From: Eledone cirrhosa
Taxonomy: Eukaryota
Direction of reading: 5' to 3'
Assembly: GCA_964016885.1 (NCBI GenBank)
Contig: OZ024755.1
Location: 41,230,001 to 41,294,000, forward strand
DNA: 64,000 nucleotides
The notes under the pieces were generated by a model, which was not told the origin of the DNA, searched no databases, and was given only the letters and a program-made list of their open reading frames with translations. Positions 1 through 15,000 of the stretch are shown here, piece after piece (position 1 is the first letter of the stretch; each line of letters starts with the position of its first letter). Both the position numbers and the translations under genes were made by a program.

Positions 1-3000
1 CCAGTCTGTCAGATTCCATGGTGATCCCTGTTCTCTATGTCCAGTCTGTCAGATTCCATGGTGATCCCTGTTCTCTATGTCCAGTCTGTCAGATTCCATG
101 GTGATCCCTGTTCTCTATATCCAGCCTGTCAGATTCGATGGTGATCCCTGTTCTCTATGTCCAGCCTGTCAGATTCGATGGTGATCCCTGTTCTCTACGT
201 CCAGTCTGTCAGATTCGATGGTGATCCCTGTTCTCTATGTCCTGTCTGTCAGATTCGATGGTGATCCCTGTTCTCTACGTCCAGTCTGTCAGATTCGATG
301 GTGATGCCTGTTCTCTATGTCCAGTCTGTCAGATTCCATGGTGATCCCTGTTCTCTATGTCCAGCCTGTCAGATTCCATGGTGATCCCTGTTCTCTATGT
401 CCTGTCTGTCACATTCCGTGGTGATCCCTATTCTCTATGGCCAGTCTGTCAGATTCCATGGTGATCCCTGTTCTCTATGTCCTGTCTGTCAGATTCGATG
501 GTGATCCCTGTTCTCTATGTCCAGCCTGTCAGATTCGATGGTGATCCCTGTTCTCTACGTCCAGTCTGTCAGATTCGATGGTGATCCCTGTTCACTACGT
601 CCAGTCTGTCAGATTCGATGGTGATCCCTGTTCTCTACGTCCAGTCTGTCAGATTCGATGGTGATCCCTGTTCTCTATGTCCTGTCTGTCAGATTCCATG
701 GTGATCCCTGTACTCTACATCCAGTCTGTCAGATTCGATGGTGATCCCTGTTCTCTACGTCCAGTCTGTCAGATTCGATGGTGATCCCTGTTCTCTACGT
801 CCAGTCTGTCAGATTCGATGGTGATCCCTGTTCTCTACGTCCAGTCTGTCAGATTCGATGGTGATCCCTGTTCCCTACGTCCAGTCTGTCAGATTCGATG
901 GTGATCCCTGTTCTCTACGTCCAGTCTGTCAGATTCGATGGTGCTCCCTGTTCTCTACGTCCAGTCTGTCAGATTCGATGGTGATCCCTGTTCTCTGTGT
1001 CCTGTCTGTCAGATTCCATGGTGATCCCTGTTCTCTATGTCCTGTCTGTCAGATTCCATGGTGATCCCTGTTCTCTACGTCCAGTCTGTCAGATTCCATG
1101 GTGATCCCTGTTCTCTATGTCCAGTCTGTCAGATTCCATGGTGATCCCTGTTCTCTATGTCCTGTCTGTCAGATTCCATGGTGATCCCTGTTCTCTATGT
1201 CCAGTCTGTCAGATTCCATGGTGATCCCTGTTCTCTATGTCCTGTCTGTCAGATTCCATGGTGATCCCTGTTCTCTACGTCCAGCCTGTCAGATTTCATG
1301 ATGATCCCTGTTCTCTATGTCCAGTCTGTCAGATTCCATGGTGATCCCTGTTCTCTATGTCCTGTCTGTCAGATTCCATGGTGATCCCTGTTCTCTATGT
1401 CCTGTCTGTCAGATTCCATGGTGATCCCTGTTCTCTACGTCCAGCCTGTCAGATTCCATGGTGATCCCTGTTCTCTACGTCCAGTCTGTCAGATTCGATG
1501 GTGATCCCTGTTCACTACGTCCAGTCTGTCAGATTCGATGGTGATCCCTGTTCTCTACGTCCAGTCTGTCAGATTCGATGGTGATCCCTGTTCTCTATGT
1601 CCTGTCTGTCAGATTCCATGGTGATCCCTGTTCTCTACGTCCAGTCTGTCAGATTCGATGGTGATCTCTGTTCTCTACGTCCAGTCTGTCAGATTCGATG
1701 GTGATCCCTGTTCTCTACGTCCAGTCTGTCAGATTCGATGGTGATCCCTGTTCTCTACGTCCAGTCTGTCAGATTCGATGGTGATCCCTGTTCCCTACGT
1801 CCAGTCTGTCAGATTCGATGGTGATCCCTGTTCTCTACGTCCAGTCTGTCAGATTCGATGGTGCTCCCTGTTCTCTACGTCCAGTCTGTCAGATTCGATG
1901 GTGATCCCTGTTCTCTATGTCCTGTCTGTCAGATTCCATGGTGATCCCTGTTCTCTATGTCCAGTCTGTCAGATTCCATGGTGATCCCTGTTCTCTATGT
2001 CCAGTCTGTCACATTCCATGGTGATCCCTATTCTCTATGGCCAGCCTGTCAGATTCCATGGTGATCCCTATTCTCTACGTCCAGTCTGTCAGATTCCATG
2101 GTGATCCCTGTTCTCTATGTCCAGTCTGTCAGATTCGATGGTGATCCCTGTTCTCTACGTCCTGTCTGTCAGATTCGATGGTGATCCCTGTTATCTACGT
2201 CCTGTCTGTCAGATTCGATGGTGATCCCTGTTATCTACGTCCTGTCTGTCAGATTCGATGGTGATCCCTGTTCTCTACGTCCAGTCTGTCAGATTCGATG
2301 GTGATTCCTGTTCTCTTCGTCCTGTCTGTCAGATTCGATGATGATCCCTGTTCTCTATGTCCTGTCTGTCAGATTCGATGGTGATCCCTGTTCTCTATGT
2401 CCTGTCTGTCAGATTCGATGGTGATCCCTGTTCTCTATGTCCTGTCTGTCAGATTCGATGGTGATCCCTGTTCTCTATGTCCTGTCTGTCAGATTCGATG
2501 GTGATCCCTGTTCTCTATGTCCTGTCTGTCAGATTCCATGGTGATCCCTGTTCTCTATGTCCTGTCTGTCAGATTCGATGGTGATCCCTGTTCTCTATGT
2601 CCTGTCTGTCAGATTCCATGGTGATCCCTGTTCTCTATGTCCTGTCTGTCAGATTCGATGGTGATCCCTGTTCTCTATGTCCTGTCTGTCAGATTCGATG
2701 GTGATCCCTGTTCTCTATGTCCTGTCTGTCAGATTCCATGGTGATCCCTGTTCTCTATGTCCTGTCTGTCAGATTCGATGGTGATCCCTGTTCTCTATGT
2801 CCTGTCTGTCAGATTCGATCGTGATCCCTGTTCTCTATGTCCTGTCTGTCAGATTCCATGGTGATCCCTGTTCTCTATGTCCTGTCTGTCAGATTCGATG
2901 GTGATCCCTGTTCTCTACGTCCAGTCTGTCAGATTCGATGGTGATCCCTGTTCTCTATGTCCTGTCTGTCAGATTCCATGGTGATCGCTGTTCTCTATGT

Positions 3001-6000
3001 CCTGTCTGTCACATTCCATGGTGATCCCTATTCTCTATGGCCAGTCTGTCAGATTCCATGGTGATCCCTGTTCTCTATGTCCAGTCTGTCAGATTCCATG
3101 GTGATCCCTGTTTTCTATGTCCAGTCTGTCAGATTCCATGGTGATCCCTGTTCTCTATGTCCAGTCTGTCAGATTCCATGGTGATCTCTGTTCTCTATGT
3201 CCAGCCTGTCAGATTCCATGTAGATCCCTGTTCTCTACGTCCAGTCTGTCAGATTCCATGGTGATCCCTGTTCTCTATGTCCTGTCTGTCAGATTCCATG
3301 GTGATCCCTGTTCTCTATGTCCAGTCTGTCAGATTCCATGGTGATCCCTGTTCTCTACGTCCAGTCTGTCAGATTCCATGGTGATCCCTGTTCTCTATGT
3401 CCTGTCTGTCAGATTCCATGGTGATCCCTGTTCTCTATGTACAGTCTGTCGGATTCCATGGTGATCCCTGTTCTCTACGTCCAGTCTGTCAGATTCCATG
3501 GTGATCCCTGTTCTCTATGTCCTGTCTGTCACATTCCATGGTGATCCCTATTCCCTATGGCCAGTCTGTCAGATTCCATGGTGATCCCTGTTCTCTATGT
3601 CCTGTCTGTCACATTCCATGGTGATCCCTATTCTCTATGGCCAGTCTGTCAGATTCCATGGTGATCCCTGTTCTCTATGTCCAGTCTGTCAGATTCCATG
3701 GTGATCCCTGTTCTCTATGTCCAGTCTGTCAGATTCCATGGTGATCCCTGTTCTCTATATCCAGCCTGTCAGATTCGATGGTGATCCCTGTTCTCTATGT
3801 CCAGCCTGTCAGATTCGATGGTGATCCCTGTTCTCTACGTCCAGTCTGTCAGATTCGATGGTGATCCCTGTTCTCTATGTCCTGTCTGTCAGATTCGATG
3901 GTGATCCCTGTTCTCTACGTCCAGTCTGTCAGATTCGATGGTGATGCCTGTTCTCTATGTCCAGTCTGTCAGATTCCATGGTGATCCCTGTTCTCTATGT
4001 CCAGCCTGTCAGATTCCATGGTGATCCCTGTTCTCTATGTCCTGTCTGTCACATTCCGTGGTGATCCCTATTCTCTATGGCCAGTCTGTCAGATTCCATG
4101 GTGATCCCTGTTCTCTATGTCCTGTCTGTCAGATTCGATGGTGATCCCTGTTCTCTATGTCCAGCCTGTCAGATTCGATGGTGATCCCTGTTCTCTACGT
4201 CCAGTCTGTCAGATTCGATGGTGATCCCTGTTCACTACGTCCAGTCTGTCAGATTCGATGGTGATCCCTGTTCTCTACGTCCAGTCTGTCAGATTCGATG
4301 GTGATCCCTGTTCTCTATGTCCTGTCTGTCAGATTCCATGGTGATCCCTGTACTCTACATCCAGTCTGTCAGATTCGATGGTGATCCCTGTTCTCTACGT
4401 CCAGTCTGTCAGATTCGATGGTGATCCCTGTTCTCTACGTCCAGTCTGTCAGATTCGATGGTGATCCCTGTTCTCTACGTCCAGTCTGTCAGATTCGATG
4501 GTGATCCCTGTTCCCTACGTCCAGTCTGTCAGATTCGATGGTGATCCCTGTTCTCTACGTCCAGTCTGTCAGATTCGATGGTGCTCCCTGTTCTCTACGT
4601 CCAGTCTGTCAGATTCGATGGTGATCCCTGTTCTCTGTGTCCTGTCTGTCAGATTCCATGGTGATCCCTGTTCTCTATGTCCTGTCTGTCAGATTCCATG
4701 GTGATCCCTGTTCTCTACGTCCAGTCTGTCAGATTCCATGGTGATCCCTGTTCTCTATGTCCAGTCTGTCAGATTCCATGGTGATCCCTGTTCTCTATGT
4801 CCTGTCTGTCAGATTCCATGGTGATCCCTGTTCTCTATGTCCAGTCTGTCAGATTCCATGGTGATCCCTGTTCTCTATGTCCTGTCTGTCAGATTCCATG
4901 GTGATCCCTGTTCTCTACGTCCAGCCTGTCAGATTTCATGATGATCCCTGTTCTCTATGTCCAGTCTGTCAGATTCCATGGTGATCCCTGTTCTCTATGT
5001 CCTGTCTGTCAGATTCCATGGTGATCCCTGTTCTCTATGTCCTGTCTGTCAGATTCCATGGTGATCCCTGTTCTCTATGTCATGTCTGTCAGATTCGATG
5101 GTGATCCCTGTTCTCTATGTCCTGTCTGTCAGATTCCATGGTGATCCCTGTTCTCTATGTCCTGTCTGTCAGATTCGATGGTGATCCCTGTTCTCTACGT
5201 CCAGTCTGTCAGATTCCGTGGTGATCCCTGTTCTCTATGTCCTGTCTGTCAGATTCGATGGTGATCCCTGTTCTCTTCGTCCTGTCTGTCAGATTCGATG
5301 GTGATCCCTGTTCTCTATGTCATGTCTGTCAGATTCGATGGTGATCCCTGTTCTCTATGTCCTGTCTGTCAGATTCCATGGTGATCCCTGTTCTCTATGT
5401 CCTGTCTGTCAGATTCGATGGTGATCCCTGTTCTCTATGTCCTGTCTGTCAGATTCGATGGTGATCCCTGTTCTCTATGTCCTGTCTGTCAGATTCCATG
5501 GTGATCCCTGTTCTCTATGTCCTGTCTGTCAGATTCGATGGTGATCCCTGTTCTCTACGTCCAGTCTGTCAGATTCGATGGTGATCCCTGTTCTCTATGT
5601 CCTGTCTGTCAGATTCCATGGTGATCCCTGTTCTCTATGTCCTGTCTGTCAGATTCGATGGTGATCCCTGTTCTCTATGTCCTGTCTTTCAGATTCGATG
5701 GTGATCCCTGTTCTCTATGTCCTGTCTGTCAGATTCGATGGTGATCCCTGTTCTCTACGTCCTGTCTGTCAGATTCGATGGTGATCCCTGTTCTCTATGT
5801 CCTGTCTGTCACATTCGATGGTGATCCCTGTTCTCTACGTCCAATCTGTCAGATTCGATGGTGATCCCTGTTCTCTATGTCCTGTCTGTCAGATTCGATG
5901 GTGATCCCTGTTCTCTACGTCCAGTCTGTCAGATTCCATGGTGATCCCTGTTCTCTATGTCCAGTCTGTCAGATTCGATGGTGATCCCTGTTCTCTACGT

Positions 6001-9000
6001 CCAGTCTGTCAGATTCCATGGTGATCCCTGTTCTCTATGTCCAGTCTGTCAGATTCGATGGTGATCCCTGTTCTCTATGTCCTGTCTGTCAGATTCGATG
6101 GTGATCCCTGTTCTCTATGTCCTGTCTGTCAGATTCGATGGTGATCCCTGTTCTCTACGTCCAGTCTGTCAGATTCGATGGTGATCCCTGTTCTCTATGT
6201 CCTGTCTGTCAGATTCGATGGTGATCCCTGTTCTCTACGTCCAGTCTGTCAGATTCCATGGTGATCCCTGTTCTCTATGTCCAGTCTGTCAGATTCCATG
6301 GTGATCCCTGTTCTCTACGTCCTGTCTGTCAGATTCGATGGTGATCCCTGTTCTCTACGTCCAGTCTGTCAGATTCCATGGTGATCCCTGTTCTCTATGT
6401 CCAGTCTGTCAGATTCCATGGTGATCCCTGTTCTCTACGTCCAGTCTGTCAGATTCCATGGTGATCCCTGTTCTCTATGTCCTGTCTGTCAGATTCCATG
6501 GTTATCCCTGTTCTCTACGTCCAGTCTGTCAGATTCCATGGTGATCCCTGTTCTCTACGTCCAGTCTGTCAGATTCCATGGTGATCCCTGTTCTCTACGT
6601 CCAGTCTGTCAGATTCCATGGTGATCCCTGTTCTCTACGTCCAGTCTGTCAGATTCCATGGTGATCCCTGTTCTCTACGTCCAGTCTGTCAGATTCCATG
6701 GTGATCCCTGTTCTCTACGTCCTGTCTGTCAGATTCGATGGTGATCCCTGTTCTCTACGTCCAGTCTGTCAGATTCCATGGTGATCCCTGTTCTCTATGT
6801 CCAGTCTGTCAGATTCCATGGTGATCCCTGTTCTCTACGTCCAGTCTGTCAGATTCCATGGTGATCCCTGTTCTCTATGTCCTGTCTGTCAGATTCCATG
6901 GTGATCCCTGTTCTCTACGTCCAGTCTGTCAGATTCCATGGTGATCCCTGTTCTCTACGTCCAGTCTGTCAGATTCCATGGTGATCCCTGTTCTCTACGT
7001 CCAGTCTGTCAGATTCCATGGTGATCCCTGTTCTCTACGTCCAGTCTGTCAGATTCCATGGTGATCCCTGTTCTCTACGTCCAGTCTGTCAGATTCCATG
7101 GTGATCCCTGTTCTCTACGTCCAGTCTGTCAGATTCCATGGTGATCCCTGTTCTCTATGTCCAGTCTGTCAGATTCCATGGTGATCCCTGTTCTCTACGT
7201 CCAGTCTGTCAGATTCCATGGTGATCCCTGTTCTCTATGTCCTGTCTGTCAGATTCGATGGTGATCCCTGTTATCTACGTCCTGTCTGTCAGATTCGATG
7301 GTGATCCCTGTTCTCTACGTCCAGTCTGTCAGATTCGATGGTGATCCCTGTTCTCTACGTCCTGTCTGTCAGATTCGATGGTGATCCCTGTTCTCTACGT
7401 CCAGTCTGTCAGATTCGATGGTGATCCCTGTTCTCTACGTCCTGTCTGTCAGATTCGATGGTGATCCCTGTTATCTACGTCCTGTCTGTCAGATTCGATG
7501 GTGATCCCTGTTATCTACGTCCTGTCTGTCAGATTCGATGGTGATCCCTGTTCTCTACGTCCAGTCTGTCAGATTCGATGGTGATCCCTGTTCTCTACGT
7601 CCTGTCTGTCAGATTCGATGGTGATCCCTGTTATCTACGTCCTGTCTGTCAGATTCGATGGTGATCCCTGTTATCTACGTCCTGTCTGTCAGATTCGATG
7701 GTGATCCCTGTTCTCTACGTCCAGTCTGTCAGATTCGATGGTGATTCCTGTTCTCTTCGTCCTGTCTGTCAGATTCGATGATGATCCCTGTTCTCTATGT
7801 CCTGTCTGTCAGATTCGATGGTGATCCCTGTTCTCTATGTCCTGTCTGTCAGATTCGATGGTGATCCCTGTTCTCTATGTCCTGTCTGTCAGATTCCATG
7901 GTGATCCCTGTTCTCTATGTCCTGTCTGTCAGATTCGATGGTGATCCCTGTTCTCTATGTCCTGTCTGTCAGATTCCATGGTGATCCCTGTTCTCTATGT
8001 CCTGTCTGTCAGATTCGATGGTGATCCCTGTTCTCTATGTCCTGTCTGTCAGATTCCATGGTGATCCCTGTTCTCTATGTCCTGTCTGTCAGATTCGATG
8101 GTGATCCCTGTTCTCTATGTCCTGTCTGTCAGATTCGATGGTGATCCCTGTTCTCTATGTCCTGTCTGTCAGATTCCACGGTGATCCCTGTTCTCTATGT
8201 CCTGTCTGTCAGATTCGATGGTGATCCCTGTTCTCTATGTCCTGTCTGTCAGATTCGATCGTGATCCCTGTTCTCTATGTCCTGTCTGTCAGATTCCATG
8301 GTGATCCCTGTTCTCTATGTCCTGTCTGTCAGATTCGATGGTGATCCCTGTTCTCTACGTCCAGTCTGTCAGATTCGATGGTGATCCCTGTTCTCTATGT
8401 CCTGTCTGTCAGATTCCATGGTGATCGCTGTTCTCTATGTCCTGTCTGTCACATTCCATGGTGATCCCTATTCTCTATGGCCAGTCTGTCAGATTCCATG
8501 GTGATCCCTGTTCTCTATGTCCAGTCTGTCAGATTCCATGGTGATCCCTGTTTTCTATGTCCAGTCTGTCAGATTCCATGGTGATCCCTGTTCTCTATGT
8601 CCAGTCTGTCAGATTCCATGGTGATCTCTGTTCTCTATGTCCAGCCTGTCAGATTCCATGTTGATCCCTGTTCTCTACGTCCAGTCTGTCAGATTCCATG
8701 GTGATCCCTGTTCTCTATGTCCTGTCTGTCAGATTCCATGGTGATCCCTGTTCTCTATGTCCAGTCTGTCAGATTCCATGGTGATCCCTGTTCTCTACGT
8801 CCAGTCTGTCAGATTCCATGGTGATCCCTGTTCTCTATGTCCTGTCTGTCAGATTCCATGGTGATCCCTGTTCTCTATGTACAGTCTGTCGGATTCCATG
8901 GTGATCCCTGTTCTCTACGTCCAGTCTGTCAGATTCCATGGTGATCCCTGTTCTCTATGTCCTGTCTGTCACATTCCATGGTGATCCCTATTCCCTATGG

Positions 9001-12000
9001 CCAGTCTGTCAGATTCCATGGTGATCCCTGTTCTCTATGTCCTGTCTGTCACATTCCATGGTGATCCCTATTCTCTATGGCCAGTCTGTCAGATTCCATG
9101 GTGATCCCTGTTCTCTATGTCCAGTCTGTCAGATTCCATGGTGATCCCTGTTCTCTATGTCCAGTCTGTCAGATTCCATGGTGATCCCTGTTCTCTATAT
9201 CCAGCCTGTCAGATTCGATGGTGATCCCTGTTCTCTATGTCCAGCCTGTCAGATTCGATGGTGATCCCTGTTCTCTACGTCCAGTCTGTCAGATTCGATG
9301 GTGATCCCTGTTCTCTATGTCCTGTCTGTCAGATTCGATGGTGATCCCTGTTCTCTACGTCCAGTCTGTCAGATTCGATGGTGATGCCTGTTCTCTATGT
9401 CCAGTCTGTCAGATTCCATGGTGATCCCTGTTCTCTATGTCCAGCCTGTCAGATTCCATGGTGATCCCTGTTCTCTATGTCCTGTCTGTCACATTCCGTG
9501 GTGATCCCTATTCTCTATGGCCAGTCTGTCAGATTCCATGGTGATCCCTGTTCTCTATGTCCTGTCTGTCAGATTCGATGGTGATCCCTGTTCTCTATGT
9601 CCAGCCTGTCAGATTCGATGGTGATCCCTGTTCTCTACGTCCAGTCTGTCAGATTCGATGGTGATCCCTGTTCACTACGTCCAGTCTGTCAGATTCGATG
9701 GTGATCCCTGTTCTCTACGTCCAGTCTGTCAGATTCGATGGTGATCCCTGTTCTCTATGTCCTGTCTGTCAGATTCCATGGTGATCCCTGTACTCTACAT
9801 CCAGTCTGTCAGATTCGATGGTGATCCCTGTTCTCTACATCCAGTCTGTCAGATTCGATGGTGATCCCTGTTCTCTACGTCCAGTCTGTCAGATTCGATG
9901 GTGATCCCTGTTCTCTACGTCCAGTCTGTCAGATTCGATGGTGATCCCTGTTCCCTACGTCCAGTCTGTCAGATTCGATGGTGATCCCTGTTCTCTACGT
10001 CCAGTCTGTCAGATTCGATGGTGCTCCCTGTTCTCTACGTCCAGTCTGTCAGATTCGATGGTGATCCCTGTTCTCTGTGTCCTGTCTGTCAGATTCCATG
10101 GTGATCCCTGTTCTCTATGTCCTGTCTGTCAGATTCCATGGTGATCCCTGTTCTCTACGTCCAGTCTGTCAGATTCCATGGTGATCCCTGTTCTCTATGT
10201 CCAGTCTGTCAGATTCCATGGTGATCCCTGTTCTCTATGTCCTGTCTGTCAGATTCCATGGTGATCCCTGTTCTCTATGTCCAGTCTGTCAGATTCCATG
10301 GTGATCCCTGTTCTCTATGTCCTGTCTGTCAGATTCCATGGTGATCCCTGTTCTCTACGTCCAGCCTGTCAGATTTCATGATGATCCCTGTTCTCTATGT
10401 CCAGTCTGTCAGATTCCATGGTGATCCCTGTTCTCTATGTCCTGTCTGTCAGATTCCATGGTGATCCCTGTTCTCTATGTCCTGTCTGTCAGATTCCATG
10501 GTGATCCCTGTTCTCTACGTCCAGCCTGTCAGATTCCATGGTGATCCCTGTTCTCTACGTCCAGTCTGTCAGATTCGATGGTGATCCCTGTTCACTACGT
10601 CCAGTCTGTCAGATTCGATGGTGATCCCTGTTCTCTACGTCCAGTCTGTCAGATTCGATGGTGATCCCTGTTCTCTATGTCCTGTCTGTCAGATTCCATG
10701 GTGATCCCTGTTCTCTACGTCCAGTCTGTCAGATTCGATGGTGATCTCTGTTCTCTACGTCCAGTCTGTCAGATTCGATGGTGATCCCTGTTCTCTACGT
10801 CCAGTCTGTCAGATTCGATGGTGATCCCTGTTCTCTACGTCCAGTCTGTCAGATTCGATGGTGATCCCTGTTCCCTACGTCCAGTCTGTCAGATTCGATG
10901 GTGATCCCTGTTCTCTACGTCCAGTCTGTCAGATTCGATGGTGCTCCCTGTTCTCTACGTCCAGTCTGTCAGATTCGATGGTGATCCCTGTTCTCTATGT
11001 CCTGTCTGTCAGATTCCATGGTGATCCCTGTTCTCTATGTCCAGTCTGTCAGATTCCATGGTGATCCCTGTTCTCTATGTCCAGTCTGTCACATTCCATG
11101 GTGATCCCTATTCTCTATGGCCAGCCTGTCAGATTCCATGGTGATCCCTATTCTCTACGTCCAGTCTGTCAGATTCCATGGTGATCCCTGTTCTCTATGT
11201 CCAGTCTGTCAGATTCCATGGTGATCCCTGTTCTCTACGTCCAGTCTGTCAGATTCCATGGTGATCCCTATTCTCTATGGACAGGCTGTCAGATTCCATG
11301 GTGATCCCTGTTCTCTATGTCCTGTCTGTCAAATTCCATGGTGATCCCTATTCTCTATGGCCAGTCTGTCAGTTTCCATGGTGATCCCTGTTCTCTATGT
11401 CCAGCCTGTCAGATTACATGGTGATCCCTGTTCTCTATGTCCAGTCTGTCAGATTCCATGGTGATCCCTGTTCTCTATGTCCAGTCTGTCAGATTCCATG
11501 GTGATCCCTGTTCTCTATGTCCAGCCTGTCAGATTCCATGTTGATCCCTGTTCTCTACGTCCAGTCTGTCAGATTCCATGGTGATCCCTGTTCTCTATGT
11601 CCTGTCTGTCAGATTCCATGGTGATCCCTGTTCTCTATGTCCAGTCTGTCAGATTCCATGGTGATCCCTGTTCTCTACGTCCAGTCTGTCAGATTCCATG
11701 CTGATCCCTGTTCTCTATGTCCTGTCTGTCAGATTCCATGGTGATCCCTGTTCTCTATGTCCAGTCTGTCGGATTCCATGGTGATCCCTGTTCTCTACGT
11801 CCAGTCTGTCAGATTCCATGGTGATCCCTGTTCTCTATGTCCTGTCTGTCACATTCCATGGTGATCCCTATTCCCTATGGCCAGTCTGTCAGATTCCATG
11901 GTGATCCCTGTTCTCTATGTCCAGTCTGTCAGATTCCATGGTGATCCCTGTTCTCTATGTCCTGTCTGTCACATTCCATGGTGATCCCTATTCTCTATGG

Positions 12001-15000
12001 CCAGTCTGTCAGATTCCATGGTGATCCCTGTTCTCTATGTCCAGTCTGTCAGATTCCATGGTGATCCCTGTTCTCTATGTCCAGTCTGTCAGATTCCATG
12101 GTGATCCCTGTTCTCTATGTCCAGCCTGTCAGATTCGATGGTGATCCCTGTTCTCTATGTCCAGCCTGTCAGATTCGATGGTGATCCCTGTTCTCTACGT
12201 CCAGTCTGTCAGATTCGATGGTGATCCCTGTCCTCTATGTCCTGTCTGTCAGATTCGATGGTGATCCCTGTTCTCTATGTCCTGTCTGTCAGATTCGATG
12301 GTGATCCCTGTTCTCTATGTCCTGTCTGTCAGATTCGATGGTGATCCCTGTTCTCTATGTCCAGCCTGTCAGATTCCATGGTGATCCCTGTTCTCTATGT
12401 CCAGTCTGTCAGATTCGATGGTGATCCCTGTTCTCTACGCCCAGTCTGTCAGATTCGATGGTGATCCCTGTTCTCTACGTCCAGCCTGTCAGATTCGATG
12501 GTGATCCCTGTTCTCTACGTCCAGTCTGTCAGATTCGATGGTGATCCCTGTTCACTACGTCCAGTCTGTCAGATTCGATGGTGATCCCTGTTCTCTATGT
12601 CCTGTCTGTCAGATTCGATGGTGATCCCTGTTCTCTACGTCCAGTCTGTCAGATTCCATGGTGATCCCTGTTCTCTATGTCCTGTCTGTCAGATTCGATG
12701 GTGATCCCTGTTCTCTTCGTCCTGTCTGTCAGATTCGATGGTGATCCCTGTTCTCTATGTCATGTCTGTCAGATTCGATGGTGATCCCTGTTCTCTATGT
12801 CCTGTCTGTCAGATTCCATGGTGATCCCTGTTCTCTATGTCCTGTCTGTCAGATTCGATGGTGATCCCTGTTCTCTATGTCCTGTCTGTCAGATTCGATG
12901 GTGATCCCTGTTCTCTATGTCCTGTCTGTCAGATTCCATGGTGATCCCTGTTCTCTATGTCCTGTCTGTCAGATTCGATGGTGATCCCTGTTCTCTACGT
13001 CCAGTCTGTCAGATTCGATGGTGATCCCTGTTCTCTACGTCCAGTCTGTCAGATTCGATGGTGCTCCCTGTTCTCTACGTCCAGTCTGTCAGATTCGATG
13101 GTGATCCCTGTTCTCTGTGTCCTGTCTGTCAGATTCCATGGTGATCCCTGTTCTCTATGTCCTGTCTGTCAGATTCCATGGTGATCCCTGTTCTCTACGT
13201 CCAGTCTGTCAGATTCCATGGTGATCCCTGTTCTCTATGTCCAGTCTGTCAGATTCCATGGTGATCCCTGTTCTCTATGTCCTGTCTGTCAGATTCCATG
13301 GTGATCCCTGTTCTCTATGTCCAGTCTGTCAGATTCCATGGTGATCCCTGTTCTCTATGTCCTGTCTGTCAGATTCCATGGTGATCCCTGTTCTCTACGT
13401 CCAGCCTGTCAGATTTCATGATGATCCCTGTTCTCTATGTCCAGTCTGTCAGATTCCATGGTGATCCCTGTTCTCTATGTCCTGTCTGTCAGATTCCATG
13501 GTGATCCCTGTTCTCTATGTCCTGTCTGTCAGATTCCATGGTGATCCCTGTTCTCTACGTCCAGCCTGTCAGATTCCATGGTGATCCCTGTTCTCTACGT
13601 CCAGTCTGTCAGATTCGATGGTGATCCCTGTTCACTACGTCCAGTCTGTCAGATTCGATGGTGATCCCTGTTCTCTACGTCCAGTCTGTCAGATTCGATG
13701 GTGATCCCTGTTCTCTATGTCCTGTCTGTCAGATTCCATGGTGATCCCTGTTCTCTACGTCCAGTCTGTCAGATTCGATGGTGATCTCTGTTCTCTACGT
13801 CCAGTCTGTCAGATTCGATGGTGATCCCTGTTCTCTACGTCCAGTCTGTCAGATTCGATGGTGATCCCTGTTCTCTACGTCCAGTCTGTCAGATTCGATG
13901 GTGATCCCTGTTCCCTACGTCCAGTCTGTCAGATTCGATGGTGATCCCTGTTCTCTACGTCCAGTCTGTCAGATTCGATGGTGCTCCCTGTTCTCTACGT
14001 CCAGTCTGTCAGATTCGATGGTGATCCCTGTTCTCTATGTCCTGTCTGTCAGATTCCATGGTGATCCCTGTTCTCTATGTCCAGTCTGTCAGATTCCATG
14101 GTGATCCCTGTTCTCTATGTCCAGTCTGTCACATTCCATGGTGATCCCTATTCTCTATGGCCAGCCTGTCAGATTCCATGGTGATCCCTATTCTCTACGT
14201 CCAGTCTGTCAGATTCCATGGTGATCCCTGTTCTCTATGTCCAGTCTGTCAGATTCCATAGTGATCCCTGTTCTCTACGTCCAGTCTGTCAGATTCCATG
14301 GTGATCCCTATTCTCTATGGACAGTCTGTCAGATTCCATGGTGATCCCTGTTCTCTATGTCCTGTCTGTCAAATTCCATGGTGATCCCTATTCTCTATGG
14401 CCAGTCTGTCAGTTTCCATGGTGATCCCTGTTCTCTATGTCCAGCCTGTCAGATTACATGGTGATCCCTGTTCTCTATGTCCAGTCTGTCAGATTCCATG
14501 GTGATCCCTGTTCTCTATGTCCAGTCTGTCAGATTCCATGGTGATCCCTGTTCTCTATGTCCAGCCTGTCAGATTCCATGTTGATCCCTGTTCTCTACGT
14601 CCAGTCTGTCAGATTCCATGGTGATCCCTGTTCTCTATGTCCTGTCTGTCAGATTCCATGGTGATCCCTGTTCTCTATGTCCAGTCTGTCAGATTCCATG
14701 GTGATCCCTGTTCTCTACGTCCAGTCTGTCAGATTCCATGGTGATCCCTGTTCTCTATGTCCTGTCTGTCAGATTCCATGGTGATCCCTGTTCTCTACGT
14801 CCAGTCTGTCAGATTCCATGGTGATCCCTGTTCTCTATGTCCTGTCTGTCAGATTCCATGGTGATCCCTGTTCTCTACGTCCAGTCTGTCAGATTCCATG
14901 GTGATCCCTGTTCTCTATGTCCTGTCTGTCACATTCCATGGTGATCCCTATTCCCTATGGCCAGTCTGTCAGATTCCATGGTGATCCCTGTTCTCTATGT